A stretch of DNA of 63,969 bases, filler included, from an uncultured bacterium (lineage in GTDB: Bacteria > Hinthialibacterota > Hinthialibacteria > Hinthialibacterales > Hinthialibacteraceae): assembly GCA_964449065.1 (NCBI GenBank). It is 5 parts of 5 records of this genome, joined end to end, with 100 filler letters (N's around TTAATTAATTAA, not from the genome) between each part and the next. Parts side by side here need not be neighbours in the genome. Positions count along the whole stretch, not along the records: positions 14,325 to 28,465 come from CAYVAZ010000121.1; positions 28,566 to 42,698 come from CAYVAZ010000122.1; 3 more parts are not named here. One strand, written 5' to 3'. Made by a program: the position numbers and the translations under genes. Of this stretch, positions 20,401 through 29,789 are shown piece after piece (position 1 is the first letter of the stretch; each line of letters begins with the position of its first letter). The notes under the pieces were generated by a model. It was not told the origin of the DNA. It did no database searches and was given only the letters and a program-made list of their open reading frames with translations.

Positions 20401-21338
20401 TCGGTTTCAAACAGCAGGTTTTCCATCCGTCTACAGAGGAGGTTCAAGTCAAAACGGGATAAATCCGCCCCTTCCGCGCCTTGGGTGAAATCGCGGGTGA
20501 CCGGCTCAAGTTTCAATTTGTTCTCGTGGACGAATGTGTCTAGGGCAGCAAAAAACTTGTCTCCCGCTTTGCCCGTAACATAGAGCGGTTCTTCGGCCTG
20601 CGACCAATCGCGGCTTTTGCCGATAAGTGATGTCCGCAGGGGCTGCATGGGAGAAGAATCAAACAAGAGATGGCCGCGCAATTCCGCCAGGGGTTCGTCA
20701 TGCGGTTGTTTGTATTGTTCGATGGCCGCTTCCAGTTCCCCGCTGAAGCGGGTTGCCGTCCGGTAGGCATACACACACGAGCCGTTGGGTGCCATCCAAT
20801 AAAACAAGGGGGAGATGCCGGGAATCGCGGCCGATTCGCTCTCGTGTTCTCTCTGATCAAATACGGCCGCTTTGATGCCGCATTGTTCTATGATCTGCGG
20901 CAATTGCGGAACATGACTATAGGCATCCCATCCGATAAAAACCGAGGTATGGCCTTCCAACAAGGACGCGTAATGATGTTTACCGAGAATCAAATTTCGG
21001 ATCAGGGATTCGCCGCTGACCAAGGTTTGCGAGGGGGGGGTAAAGGTGCCGCTGATGCCGCCGCGTTCCTGCTCGATTAACTGCTTTAAGAAGGTTTTGT
21101 CTTCGGGATACAAATCCAAATAGGGGCGCAGCAGATCGAGGTTTGGGATGTAGAAGCCTAGATAGGGATCGATGCGGCAGGCTTGAATGTATTGGCGCAG
21201 CAGTTGAATGCCCTGTTCAACCGATTCGGCTTGGGTGGATTGGGAGGCGGGATCAAAATGCAGACCGGGAATCAGATAGACGGTCGGCGTTTTGATCTTG
21301 CGTTTTTTAAAAAACCGTGGCGTTTGAAACAGTCTCAT
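17466..21338 (-). CDS. Glycoside hydrolase family 38 (alpha-mannosidase)-like protein with C-terminal extension
   Basis: HFDP, SGESLIRNLILG, WDAYSHVPQLPQI, FYWMAPNGS, VFNPLPWRR, LENDFLRVEID, FQYRLIPHEGDW, VLRVYEAHG. Confidence 0.85.
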   Translation of the reverse strand: MRLFQTPRFFKKRKIKTPTVYLIPGLHFDPASQSTQAESVEQGIQLLRQYIQACRIDPYLGFYIPNLDLLRPYLDLYPEDKTFLKQLIEQERGGISGTFTPPSQTLVSGESLIRNLILGKHHYASLLEGHTSVFIGWDAYSHVPQLPQIIEQCGIKAAVFDQREHESESAAIPGISPLFYWMAPNGSCVYAYRTATRFSGELEAAIEQYKQPHDEPLAELRGHLLFDSSPMQPLRTSLIGKSRDWSQAEEPLYVTGKAGDKFFAALDTFVHENKLKLEPVTRDFTQGAEGADLSRFDLNLLCRRMENLLFETEALSVMAGVYGVHDSSSFLHHTWQQLLYCQQQNALGGWCSDIAYIDLLAICHETLTNLIDYRDRLVESFTALIQTSKFEGDPLFVFNPLPWRRDGVCSIYLETSGDIELYEVKDAAGEPVPFELEDVVVDKQGAILQVKLTWVETEIVSAGYQTLSVENQEEVQSPYIQLGQSQPWLENDFLRVEIDPDLGGGIISLLEKETGYEYIQSGQEYTANEVICLRQSADTESPRRLTTIGKQSVKSMHPAFVDYYESPVSQSLIIKGHGPGPCRSMQKIKLYHDLPYLDCTTVLENYQGYGKPNDPMRKIPHRDLYMLGFPLNLPGSIPVMEDRFYARAYHRSQGNFDYRGVEETNLSKHGMNTFYRWVDVSWSFLVRIIKNKEEVGGIAVGPSDVVTPSGKYHALREKLVRHLSRQGVSCSTRADHQNIGDDRLYRPCTFSIGSADENSFTQHILSKHEDARSYYNQSMAEFGYAVIIVPYRRGGIHYPVFLFAGNTPAFTEQAVDEIIHSTVAHRWDCPASGCFIPDLPVVKDAGFALINTGSTLCSVEENGTLTVAMMHTAPYVNPKTEWGLEFAEHKTHLFQYRLIPHEGDWRHAEIPRRAMEYQHPPLCARKTKQEGKHPASQSFFTVEPSNVLISAWKPPGLGTNGNSSKSGSVLRVYEAHGEESNLWIESNLASKQAECISPEERPLPKSKELFWEDGSTRTIIHSHEIAAFLLHFKGDSLSRPFSHTPAEAKAVPSRYWNYNLGAVSNGDTGVRVMLRGQVPTHFGSSSLTVYPIQVLISNPATHSVDGLLQIDAPPYWRVVPPQKKYQIKADGFMVVPALLIADQPTQNGVIRAHTKTNGFVVQDEMTVGQPPSFDVEMTLTAEAFYIHLSHHFPYPVQGIVQLIAPFETWSKRLMDDYALSNISLARQPFDLAPEKKLALEFSISDYANVFQIPTDHHWLVVKITAQYCNWYYHVRLDGRPSGGLGCVIRA

Positions 21339-21474
21339 GAGTTCCGCTCTACATTCCCGTACAGATTGCCCAACGGGCGCGATATACTACTATAACCAAC
21401 GGAATTCGTTCTTGTTAGTCATGTTGAACAAGTTTCTTTTCAGGGCGTTTTTCGATGATTTTTTCTTACTGAAG

Positions 21475-22635
21475 TCAATCAGACAAGATTGTGAAATTTG
21501 AAGGCGATGTGAGTATCCAAAATTTGTTTTGTTTTTCCGGAATTCCTTTTACCTCAATCATATTGCCGTTTTTATGTGCATCACAAGCTGTACGGTAATC
21601 CTCTGTGTTCAAGGAAATTCTTATATTTATTTTTCTTCCGGAATCCATTACACAATGAACCGTAATTTGTTTATCATCTGATTTGCGATCATCGGTCTCA
21701 TCTATACGTTCTGCTTTTAGTTGAGTTATCCTACCTTTAATTACGGTTTCTATCGACTCTTGTTCCGATCGTAACGTTTTTGCGGCGGATTCATAAAACG
21801 GTCGAATAACACTTGGATCAATGCTTATTTTTGGATAAGGCACGAGTTCTTTATTTACATTATATTCTGATGACCAAAACATCGAAAATTCAATATTGAA
21901 GTCTTCTAAATAACCGGTTAACTGAGTCATAACTTCGCATAAATTCGCGTTAAAACCTTTATCAAAATTTTTCGTAAGAATATTCACATCCCCTTCATTG
22001 GCAGCTTTTTCTGAAAATCGCAATCCTCTTACAATCCGTTCCATAATTCGTCTTTCCATAGGTATAGGAATCATCTCTTTTGATTCCACTGTATGGAATG
22101 TATAGGAGTTCGGAGGGATCGGCATCTCTACAGAAAGCCCAAAACTGCCATGAAACGTGTGGCCAAATCTACATTTTTGCGTGAAGCTTTTTCCGATTTT
22201 TTTCCCTTTTTCAAAATAGGGCTGAGGGTTTTCTTCCGCACATGCTGCTTGGAAGATTAAATCCCGTAACTTTTGTATAACTTGAGTGGCAGTTTCCAAA
22301 GAAAGATTTGTTTTGGATGTATTGTTGTAAAGACGTTGACGAAGGATATCAAAACCACGGTTTCTGATTTTGTAGATCATCTCTGTTGTTGTAAGATGTT
22401 CGATAGCGGACAATAATTCAACGGCCGTTTCAATTTTATCTTTCGTATCCGAATACATGTTTTTGCTTGGCAAAACCAATTTTATGTTTTCACCTTGTTC
22501 ATCTTTTGATTCGTACTGATATACAAGGATTTCATTATTTGGATGTTCTAACTTTTCCCAACCCATCTTTCTTATATAGGCGGTAACATCCTCAAGGCGA
22601 AGAACGCTTGTATCACAATATGTACCTGAATTCAT
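21475..22635 (-). CDS. Uncharacterised 386-aa protein coupled to DUF4365 gene
   Basis: AT-rich ORF; ATGA overlap with upstream gene; YIRKMGW, FGHTFHGSF, GFNANLCE, YRTACDAH. Confidence 0.85.
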   Translation of the reverse strand: MNSGTYCDTSVLRLEDVTAYIRKMGWEKLEHPNNEILVYQYESKDEQGENIKLVLPSKNMYSDTKDKIETAVELLSAIEHLTTTEMIYKIRNRGFDILRQRLYNNTSKTNLSLETATQVIQKLRDLIFQAACAEENPQPYFEKGKKIGKSFTQKCRFGHTFHGSFGLSVEMPIPPNSYTFHTVESKEMIPIPMERRIMERIVRGLRFSEKAANEGDVNILTKNFDKGFNANLCEVMTQLTGYLEDFNIEFSMFWSSEYNVNKELVPYPKISIDPSVIRPFYESAAKTLRSEQESIETVIKGRITQLKAERIDETDDRKSDDKQITVHCVMDSGRKINIRISLNTEDYRTACDAHKNGNMIEVKGIPEKQNKFWILTSPSNFTILSD

Positions 22636-23162
22636 ATTACGCTCCTCCCCTCTTCAATTTTTTTCATCATTTCCAAAACCGTCACCGGTTTAAGAATATT
22701 TTCTTTTGGTATGCTAATTCTTTTACGAACAGAATTGGCGGATTTTTCGCCTGTTAAATGAATCCAATAACAGCATCGCCGCAAAATCAATTCGTCTTCC
22801 GTTAAATCCAGCCATTTAACTTCATTTTCCGGCAAAGAAAATACAATCAAAATAGCAGGCGTTGTTCTCACTGCATTGGAACGATCCACCAAATAATTAT
22901 AGGTTTCTGCATCTAAATCATACTGTACAAATTGGGAATTACCATCTTTGAAACCCAAATTTTTTGTTGCTTTTAGTTGAAAATCCAAACTAAATCCAGA
23001 CTCATGCCTCCTTCCGTTGACATAATTAATTTGATGAAAGGTACCATCAATCGTGTAATCATGAGAACGGCTGTTTAGGCTTAAGTTTAAACCTGCTCTA
23101 GCTGCAACAGCTTGCACATAAGCCTTGCTTAAGTCTTCTTCTACATGTTGTTTTGTGAGCAT
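22632..23162 (-). CDS. DUF4365-family PD-(D/E)XK-like nuclease
   Basis: E..S.AYVQAVAARAG, DYTIDG, DFQLKAT, PAILIV, LRRCCYWIHL. Confidence 0.85.
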   Translation of the reverse strand: MLTKQHVEEDLSKAYVQAVAARAGLNLSLNSRSHDYTIDGTFHQINYVNGRRHESGFSLDFQLKATKNLGFKDGNSQFVQYDLDAETYNYLVDRSNAVRTTPAILIVFSLPENEVKWLDLTEDELILRRCCYWIHLTGEKSANSVRKRISIPKENILKPVTVLEMMKKIEEGRSVI

Positions 23163-23275
23163 TTTTAGATAGGATTGAAATGTTTTTTATTTTTATATTG
23201 CAACACCTTTATGGTATCATTCACTCTCACAATACGCCAGTCCCTAATTTTATCCTTCATTTACCGGTATTTGAA

Positions 23276-23476
23276 TTATTTCTTTTTATCTCCAATTTGC
23301 CGGTCTATTTCGACACCGATTTCATTCGCAATCTGTAGAATCGCTTCTTTTGCCGGGCGTGTTTTCCCTTCTTTGATGTCTTCCATACTCTTATCAAGTT
23401 CAATCAGACTTGCGGATAACTGTTCGGCTTTGTTGGAATTGTTTTGATGGTGTGGATTCATGGTTTCTCCATTCAA
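23276..23476 (-). CDS. Small hypothetical protein, antitoxin C-terminus-like
   Basis: SMEDIKEGKTRPAKEA resembles antitoxin tails; short. Confidence 0.35.
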   Translation of the reverse strand: MNGETMNPHHQNNSNKAEQLSASLIELDKSMEDIKEGKTRPAKEAILQIANEIGVEIDRQIGDKKK

Positions 23477-23582
23477 ACCGGGATTGTCTTTCAGAAGAGT
23501 AAAGAATTGAATCCACTCATTGTCAAATTAAAAAAAGCGACTATCTATATCGGGAGAATATATTTTCTGAGTAGAAAATGGA

Positions 23583-24617
23583 ATGATGACTACCCAACCC
23601 AAAATCGCGATTACGATGGGAGACCCGGCGGGGATCGGGCCGGAGATTATTGCCAAGGCGCTGAGCAAACCGGACGTATTGCAAGCGTGTTCGCCCATTA
23701 TTGTTGGATCAAACCGTGCGCTGCGGCGGGCGTTTTCGTTTACCGGCAAGCAGTTTCCGGTACAAACTCTCATGACCGAAAAAGAGGTGGGCGCGTTTCA
23801 AGACGGCACCGGCCTTTGGAACGAAGAACGGCATCTGCCGGACGAGATCCCCCTGGCACGGATAGACGCATCCTGCGGGGCGTCGGCGTTTGATTGGCTC
23901 ACCACCGCGATTGCATGGTGCAAGCAGGGCTTGGTTGACGCCATCGTCACCGCGCCGCTGCATAAAGAGGCGCTTCATCTGGCGGGGCACAACTATCCCG
24001 GCCATACCGAAATTTTGGCGGAACAGACCGGCGTGACCGACTTCAGCCTTATGCTGATCGCGGACAAATTTCGCGTGACCCATGTCACCTGCCATACGGC
24101 TTTAAAAGATGTCCCTTCGCTCTTGTCCAAGCAGCGCATATTGGATGTCATCCGTTTGCTGAACGAGGCGCTGACCCGTTTGGACGGCAAAGCGCCCGCT
24201 ATCGCGGTGTGCGCGCTCAATCCCCATGCCGGAGAAGGCGGGTTGTTTGGCGATGAAGAGGTTGTACACATCGCCCCCGCGGTTGTGGAAGCGCAGAAGG
24301 AAGGAATCCATGCCGAGGGGCCGTTCCCCTGCGATTCTATCTATCCCAAACACATCGGCGGCGTGTATGACGGGGTGGTGGCGATGTATCATGACCAAGG
24401 GCACATCGCGTTTAAGTTGACCCACTTCCATTTTGACCCGGATCAAAAAGAGTGGGAAACCGTTGTGGGTGTGAATGTGACGCTGGGGCTGCCGATTATC
24501 CGTACATCGGTTGATCACGGCACCGCGTTTGACCTGGCGGGCACGGGAAAAGCGTCCGAGCGGTCTTTGCTGGATGCGATCGATGTGGCGGTTCAGCTGA
24601 CCAAAACCCGTTTATAA
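23583..24617 (+). CDS. pdxA: 4-hydroxythreonine-4-phosphate dehydrogenase family
   Basis: ITMGDPAGIGPEI, VTAPLHK, GHTE, LNPHAGEGG, AMYHDQG, RTSVDHGTAFD. Confidence 0.95.
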   Translation: MMTTQPKIAITMGDPAGIGPEIIAKALSKPDVLQACSPIIVGSNRALRRAFSFTGKQFPVQTLMTEKEVGAFQDGTGLWNEERHLPDEIPLARIDASCGASAFDWLTTAIAWCKQGLVDAIVTAPLHKEALHLAGHNYPGHTEILAEQTGVTDFSLMLIADKFRVTHVTCHTALKDVPSLLSKQRILDVIRLLNEALTRLDGKAPAIAVCALNPHAGEGGLFGDEEVVHIAPAVVEAQKEGIHAEGPFPCDSIYPKHIGGVYDGVVAMYHDQGHIAFKLTHFHFDPDQKEWETVVGVNVTLGLPIIRTSVDHGTAFDLAGTGKASERSLLDAIDVAVQLTKTRL

Positions 24618-24833
24618 TGTTTTGGCTGGTATTCGGTTGAAAACAGGTTATCCTTTCTTTAATTTCACTCAGGCAATTTCAACATGGATTGTCTGTAATC
24701 TTGATATATGAATATGACCGGTGGGCTGCCGGAATTGGACGGCTGGAGTAATTGAAGTTGTTGCCCCGCTTTTGATTTGTGAGTGCTCTTGCTTGGAAGA
24801 GTGTCGAGCCCACCCTACCGAAACAATCACATC

Positions 24834-25847
24834 ATGGATGAACGCATCATATCAATGCAATCGGCTCCCGATGAACTGACCGGCACGGAAGATTTGCGTC
24901 CGCGCAGTTTTGATTTCTTTATCGGGCAGAAGGAAGTAAAATCCAAGCTGAACATCTGTATTGAGGCGGCGAAGCAGCGCGGCGAAGCGCTGGATCATGT
25001 GCTGCTGGCCGGGCCGCCGGGATTGGGAAAGACCACTCTCGCGCACATCATTGCGGCTGAAATGGGAGTGAACCTGCGCGTCACTTCCGGCCCGGTGATT
25101 GAACGCAAGGCCGACCTGGCGGGGATGCTGACCGAACTGAAAACCGGGGACGTGTTTTTTATCGATGAAATTCACCGTCTCAACCGCGCGGTGGAAGAAT
25201 GCCTGTACCCCGCGATGGAAGACTTTTTTATCGATGTGATGCTGGGCGAAGGGCCACACGCGCGCTCGATCAATCTTGATCTGCCGCGGTTTACGCTGAT
25301 CGGCGCCACTACCCGTTCCGGCATGTTGACCGGGCCGATGCGCGACCGTTTTGGCATCCACTGCCGCCTGAACTTTTATGAGCCGCAGGATATCAATAAA
25401 ATTTTGCACCGTTCCGCCACGATTTTGAATGTCCCGTTTGATGAATCGGGGATCGGTGAATTGGCGAACCGCTCGCGGAGAACCCCGCGGGTTGCCAACC
25501 GGCTGCTGCGGCGGGTGCGGGATTATGCCCAGGTGCGCGGCGATGGAACCATCACCAAAGCGCTGGCCGGCGAAGCATTGGAGTTTTTGGAAATCGACCA
25601 TTTGGGGCTGGATCAGATGGACCGGAGAATTTTATCGACCATCGCGGAAAAATTCGGCGGGGGGCCGGGGGGATTGCGCACCATCGCGGTGGCGTTGGGC
25701 GAGGATGAAGGGACGCTGGAAGAGGTGTATGAGCCGTATTTGATTCAAGAAGGCCTGCTCAACCGCACACCGTCCGGCCGGATATTGACCCGCGCCGCGT
25801 ATGAGCATCTTGGTTTAGAAACGCCGGAATCGCAGATGTTGTTTTGA
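24834..25847 (+). CDS. ruvB: Holliday junction branch migration helicase
   Basis: [55 protein letters not shown]. Confidence 0.98.
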   Translation: MDERIISMQSAPDELTGTEDLRPRSFDFFIGQKEVKSKLNICIEAAKQRGEALDHVLLAGPPGLGKTTLAHIIAAEMGVNLRVTSGPVIERKADLAGMLTELKTGDVFFIDEIHRLNRAVEECLYPAMEDFFIDVMLGEGPHARSINLDLPRFTLIGATTRSGMLTGPMRDRFGIHCRLNFYEPQDINKILHRSATILNVPFDESGIGELANRSRRTPRVANRLLRRVRDYAQVRGDGTITKALAGEALEFLEIDHLGLDQMDRRILSTIAEKFGGGPGGLRTIAVALGEDEGTLEEVYEPYLIQEGLLNRTPSGRILTRAAYEHLGLETPESQMLF

Positions 25848-26258
25848 GGATGTTTTAACCGCGAATGCACGCGAATATTTTAAAAACAGGGATTAGGGAT
25901 TAGAGACTCGTGTTTCATTAAGGATGAGATGATGGGTGAAAATTGACCCATCCACATGAAATGAGTGGGATCAGTCATTCACAAGCGTTAGCGCGGTGTT
26001 AGACCCCCTTACATAAGGGGGTGGAGCCGCAGGCTCCGGGGGATTTCGCGTTGTTGAAAGCGTGCCGCTGGCTCGGCGGGAGCCTCGCCCTCCTAAAAAA
26101 CATGAAGAAGGTTAGATTTCCTTTTGATTATCATTATAAAGGCAGGGCTTCGGTGATAGAATCACAGAGAATAGAACACTCTACGCTCAACCCCACCCTA
26201 ACTCTCCCCAGTCTTGGGGAGGGAATGAAATCCTACGAGAATGAAAAGAGACCGGAAC

Positions 26259-26795
26259 ATGAATGAAAAGTTAACCCATAAAGAATTGCTGCTATCTCTC
26301 GTTTATGTGCTCATCGGGGCGGTGATTATGCTGCTAATTTTAACCGTATGGCAGATGCTGCCCAAGCAGGATGTGTACATCAGTGATTTGGAAGAACTCA
26401 ACGTATTGCGATTTGAATGGAAAGAGCCTGCCCGTGATCAATCCATCGACGGCAACAGCTTGTTGGTTGGGGATAAATGGTATCAAAAAGGCTTGGGCGT
26501 TCATGCCACGACGGAATTTTCCGTTGCCATCCCGCAGGGATATACCCGCTTTGTTGCCGAAGTGGGGATCGATGATGAAGTCGCGCCGGACAGCCCGGCT
26601 TCGATGGTGTTTCAATTGTTAGGTGACGGCACCATCCTCGCGCAGTCTCCTATGATGACGGCCGATATGCCCGCCTACCGCATTGACTGCCGCATTGAGG
26701 GCATCAGCCAGCTGACCTTTCTCGCCACCGACGGCGGAGATGGGAGCAATTCCGACCACGGTGATTGGGGCGGCGCGCGGTTGATTAAAGACTAA
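26259..26795 (+). CDS. Membrane-anchored NPCBM/NEW2 domain protein
   Basis: TM, YISDL, DQSIDGN.L, YQKGLGVHA, FVAEVGIDD, DHGDWGGARL. Confidence 0.9.
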   Translation: MNEKLTHKELLLSLVYVLIGAVIMLLILTVWQMLPKQDVYISDLEELNVLRFEWKEPARDQSIDGNSLLVGDKWYQKGLGVHATTEFSVAIPQGYTRFVAEVGIDDEVAPDSPASMVFQLLGDGTILAQSPMMTADMPAYRIDCRIEGISQLTFLATDGGDGSNSDHGDWGGARLIKD

Positions 26796-27042
26796 GGTGT
26801 AACCGCGAATGCACGCGAATATTCGCGAATAAGGGCTTTGTTTATTATTGTTTAAAGTATTGGATATAGAGCAATTCAGCTTTACGTAAAGGTACAACGT
26901 GTAGATACATGTACCGGCTGGAAGCCGATGCTACCCGGCTATTCAACTCTGAAACGCTCTAGTTTCGTCCACTTTTTGATGCGAAAAAGTTCTCCCGGCT
27001 CGGCGGGAGCCTCGCCCTCCTGAAACGAACGCGCGAATACCG

Positions 27043-27552
27043 TTATTCTCTTTTGACTTTTTCCATGGCTTTATTTTCCGGGTTCATCAATAGGGCTGAT
27101 TGCGGCTCTTGGGGATGCAGGCGGTTTGGGCTGGTTGGGTTGTTGGCTGAATGCATAACGGTGTTAGTGCGGTTTAAATTTTTTTGATTATGCACGGGTT
27201 GCCCGGTTTTTGTTTCGCTACGCGCTTGTGATGTTTGATTGGGGTTTGGTTGTTTTGAATTGGGGGGATCTAAATCGATGCATTTGTCTTTAAACTTCAT
27301 GTAGAGGTTCATGTATTGGGCGTAGACGCGCAGTTGCGGCAGCATGGCGGAGGGCTCGGCTTTTTCGGTATCGTTCAGGGATTCGACGATGCCGGCCGCC
27401 AGCCGGTCGATGATGTATTGCAGGTATAAGAATTGGGATTCTTCAAATGAATCGGCGATCTTGGATAACGGGATGATATCGACCGTTTTTTGGGGCGGAT
27501 GGGTTGATGAATTTTGGGTATGGCGGTTTTGTTTGTGTTTGGATGACGACAT
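27043..27552 (-). CDS. Hypothetical protein with low-complexity C-terminus
   Basis: 169-aa ORF with a GAGGAG RBS; no recognisable motif. Confidence 0.5.
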   Translation of the reverse strand: MSSSKHKQNRHTQNSSTHPPQKTVDIIPLSKIADSFEESQFLYLQYIIDRLAAGIVESLNDTEKAEPSAMLPQLRVYAQYMNLYMKFKDKCIDLDPPNSKQPNPNQTSQARSETKTGQPVHNQKNLNRTNTVMHSANNPTSPNRLHPQEPQSALLMNPENKAMEKVKRE

Positions 27553-27988
27553 GGAGTTGCTCCTCTCAAAAAAATTATTTTTCCCTCTACTTGTAAAGAG
27601 GGGATTTTCAGATCTGGGGTTTTATTTGCGGAGCAATAGACATTATTGATATATAAGGCGTTGTAATCATAGCGTTTAGGTGCATAGGTAGAAATTGGAG
27701 ATTTTTGGGAATGATACGCGGGTGCAGGGTTACGCTGCGATGTGCCCCACGAAATTGCAGGCAGGGTATCTGCACGACAATGAATATACATCTTCACGTT
27801 TAAGAACGATATGTTTTGCCGGCTCTGCGGGATGGATGGTCATACACTGTGTTAAAAATACAATCTTTTTTGGAGAATTTTCATACTTTAAAGGCTTGTC
27901 TCGATTTTGATGGGGGAGTATACTGTTGGTTCACTTTTGCGGAAAAAATCCGCGAATCACAGAAAAATGATCACGAGAACCCATTCGT

Positions 27989-28061
27989 GAGGGTGTAGCT
28001 CAATTGGTAGAGCATCTCCCTTTTAAGGAGGTGGTTCAGGGTTCAAGTCCCTGCACCCTCA
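27989..28061 (+). tRNA. tRNA-Lys(TTT), CCA not encoded
   Basis: GAGGGTG/CACCCTC acceptor stem, anticodon loop CTTTTAA, T-arm GGTTCAAGTCC. Confidence 0.95.
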
Positions 28062-28465
28062 TTTTTCTACTTTCCCCCAAACCTATAACGATTCGATCAT
28101 CAAGGGTTAGAAGATGGGTCATATTGTACTTATCCACCAATACACTGACAGGCAAAAAGTGTCGGGTAAGGAGAAAACCCTGTGGCTCGGCGGGAGCCTC
28201 GCCCTCCCAATTCAACTCGACATTAGGAATCTGTCAGACTGTTGGTAAATCGTCACACATGATTTGATGGCAGCCTTGCCTTTGTACCCTTTTGATTAAG
28301 CTGAAGTTTACCCACAGTTATTATCAGTGTGTTGCCCTGTGCTATGTCAGAGTGCCCATTTGGGGCTTTTTCGTTATCTTTTTTTCGTTATCAATAGCGG
28401 TGTTGCGAAAAATACGTTCGGATTGGAATGAAGCGTACTTCCGGCTCGGCGGGAGCCTCGCCCTC

Positions 28466-28565
28466 NNNNNNNNNNNNNNNNNNNNNNNNNNNNNNNNNNN
28501 NNNNNNNNNTTAATTAATTAANNNNNNNNNNNNNNNNNNNNNNNNNNNNNNNNNNNNNNNNNNNN
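28466..28565. other. Artificial contig linker
   Basis: N44-TTAATTAATTAA-N44. Confidence 0.99.
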
Positions 28566-28570
28566 CATGC

Positions 28571-28647
28571 GGGATTGTAGTTCAGTTGGTTAGAATGCCT
28601 GCCTGTCACGCAGGAGGTCGCGGGTTCGAGTCCCGTCAATCCCGCCA
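28571..28647 (+). tRNA. tRNA-Asp(GTC)
   Basis: GGGATTG/CAATCCC acceptor stem, loop CTGTCAC, GGTTCGAGTCC, 3' GCCA. Confidence 0.97.
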
Positions 28648-28778
28648 TAAATTTTTGTTTTACTGGATAATTTTTTCACTGTAAACCTGCTCAATATTCA
28701 CAAGAAACAGTATTCACGAGAAACAGTTAACATGAACATTGGTGTTTTTGAGCAGAAAGAACATTTAGGAGGATTCCA

Positions 28779-29609
28779 TTGAACATTCGAATCGGGTTTG
28801 GGATTCTAATTTTTTACGTTGCCGCCTTAACCATTCAAGCACAAGATAACGAAAAAAACGCCGGCGCCAGGTTTGTGTTGGATTTTCAAACCACCGCAGA
28901 TGATACGCAAACCTCATCAACCGTTGAAGAAACCCCTGTTTTTGAGCAGGTAGATGTTAACGGAGAGGCCCGTACACGTTTCTCTTGCACGGTTGTGTTG
29001 CAAGGAGCGGAAGATTTGACTGGGGTGAATTGTGATTTGGTGTTTGATCCCGGAGTATTAAATGTGGTGAGCATTCATGAAGCGCAGGGTGATACCAATT
29101 TTGACGGCCGCTCTAATGTCGCGGATATTTTGGCCTTGGCTCAACGTTTTGGGTTGGCCACCAATACCGGGAACGGGTTTTCATTATTTGACTTTGTTAC
29201 GGAAGGCGGCAGTCAAAACGTCATTGATTCAGATGATATTAACGAGTTATCTCAATTTATCAACCAATCGCCGATTTATTGGACCAGCAATGATAACAAC
29301 GATCTTGGTGTGATTCGGGAAAGTGTTGAAATCTTTGAAGATCCTTTCATCAGCAATGCCAACGGAAAGATTGATGATATCGTTGTGACGTTGCTTCGCC
29401 GCCCAGAAACTCCAGTGGATGGATTTGGGTTTGACGGTGATGCCCGGATTGCGGATATTACATTTGAAGTGGTGGGAACAATTCCAGCCGATGGAACCGT
29501 GATCGAGTTTGACGATCGGCTTGCGATTGATGAAGGCACCGTGATTACAGTCAATTCCATCGAAAACGCGAGTATTCCTCAAGGAAACTCTATTGTAGTT
29601 ATGCCGTAA
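28779..29609 (+). CDS. Secreted cohesin-like protein containing a dockerin-like insert
   Basis: Signal peptide; cohesin strands DLTGVNCDLVFDPGVLNVVSI ... GDARIADITFEVV; internal GDTNFDGRSNVADI and VIDSDDINEL. Confidence 0.7.
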   Translation: MNIRIGFGILIFYVAALTIQAQDNEKNAGARFVLDFQTTADDTQTSSTVEETPVFEQVDVNGEARTRFSCTVVLQGAEDLTGVNCDLVFDPGVLNVVSIHEAQGDTNFDGRSNVADILALAQRFGLATNTGNGFSLFDFVTEGGSQNVIDSDDINELSQFINQSPIYWTSNDNNDLGVIRESVEIFEDPFISNANGKIDDIVVTLLRRPETPVDGFGFDGDARIADITFEVVGTIPADGTVIEFDDRLAIDEGTVITVNSIENASIPQGNSIVVMP

Positions 29610-29789
29610 ATTAAACTGGCAATCACCAAACAAACAGAAAATCAGGAAGTTTGAATAGATTTGTTATTGTTTTGTATCGTTGCAGTTGGTTGTTGAAAAA
29701 TAAAATTTATGACTAGATTTTTTTTGCCATAGCGTGTATGGTATTAAAGAAACACGCTTATACGGCATTACAGATTTGGAGGCAATTGA

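Noticed and set aside
22632..23162. DUF4365 nuclease as the missing effector of the pAgo (SPARDA-like)
   Set aside because: Different contig and composition, no APAZ domain, and it has its own coupled partner
27989..28647. tRNA-Lys and tRNA-Asp as a cluster or integration hotspot
   Set aside because: Separated by a contig linker; no integrase or att duplication seen
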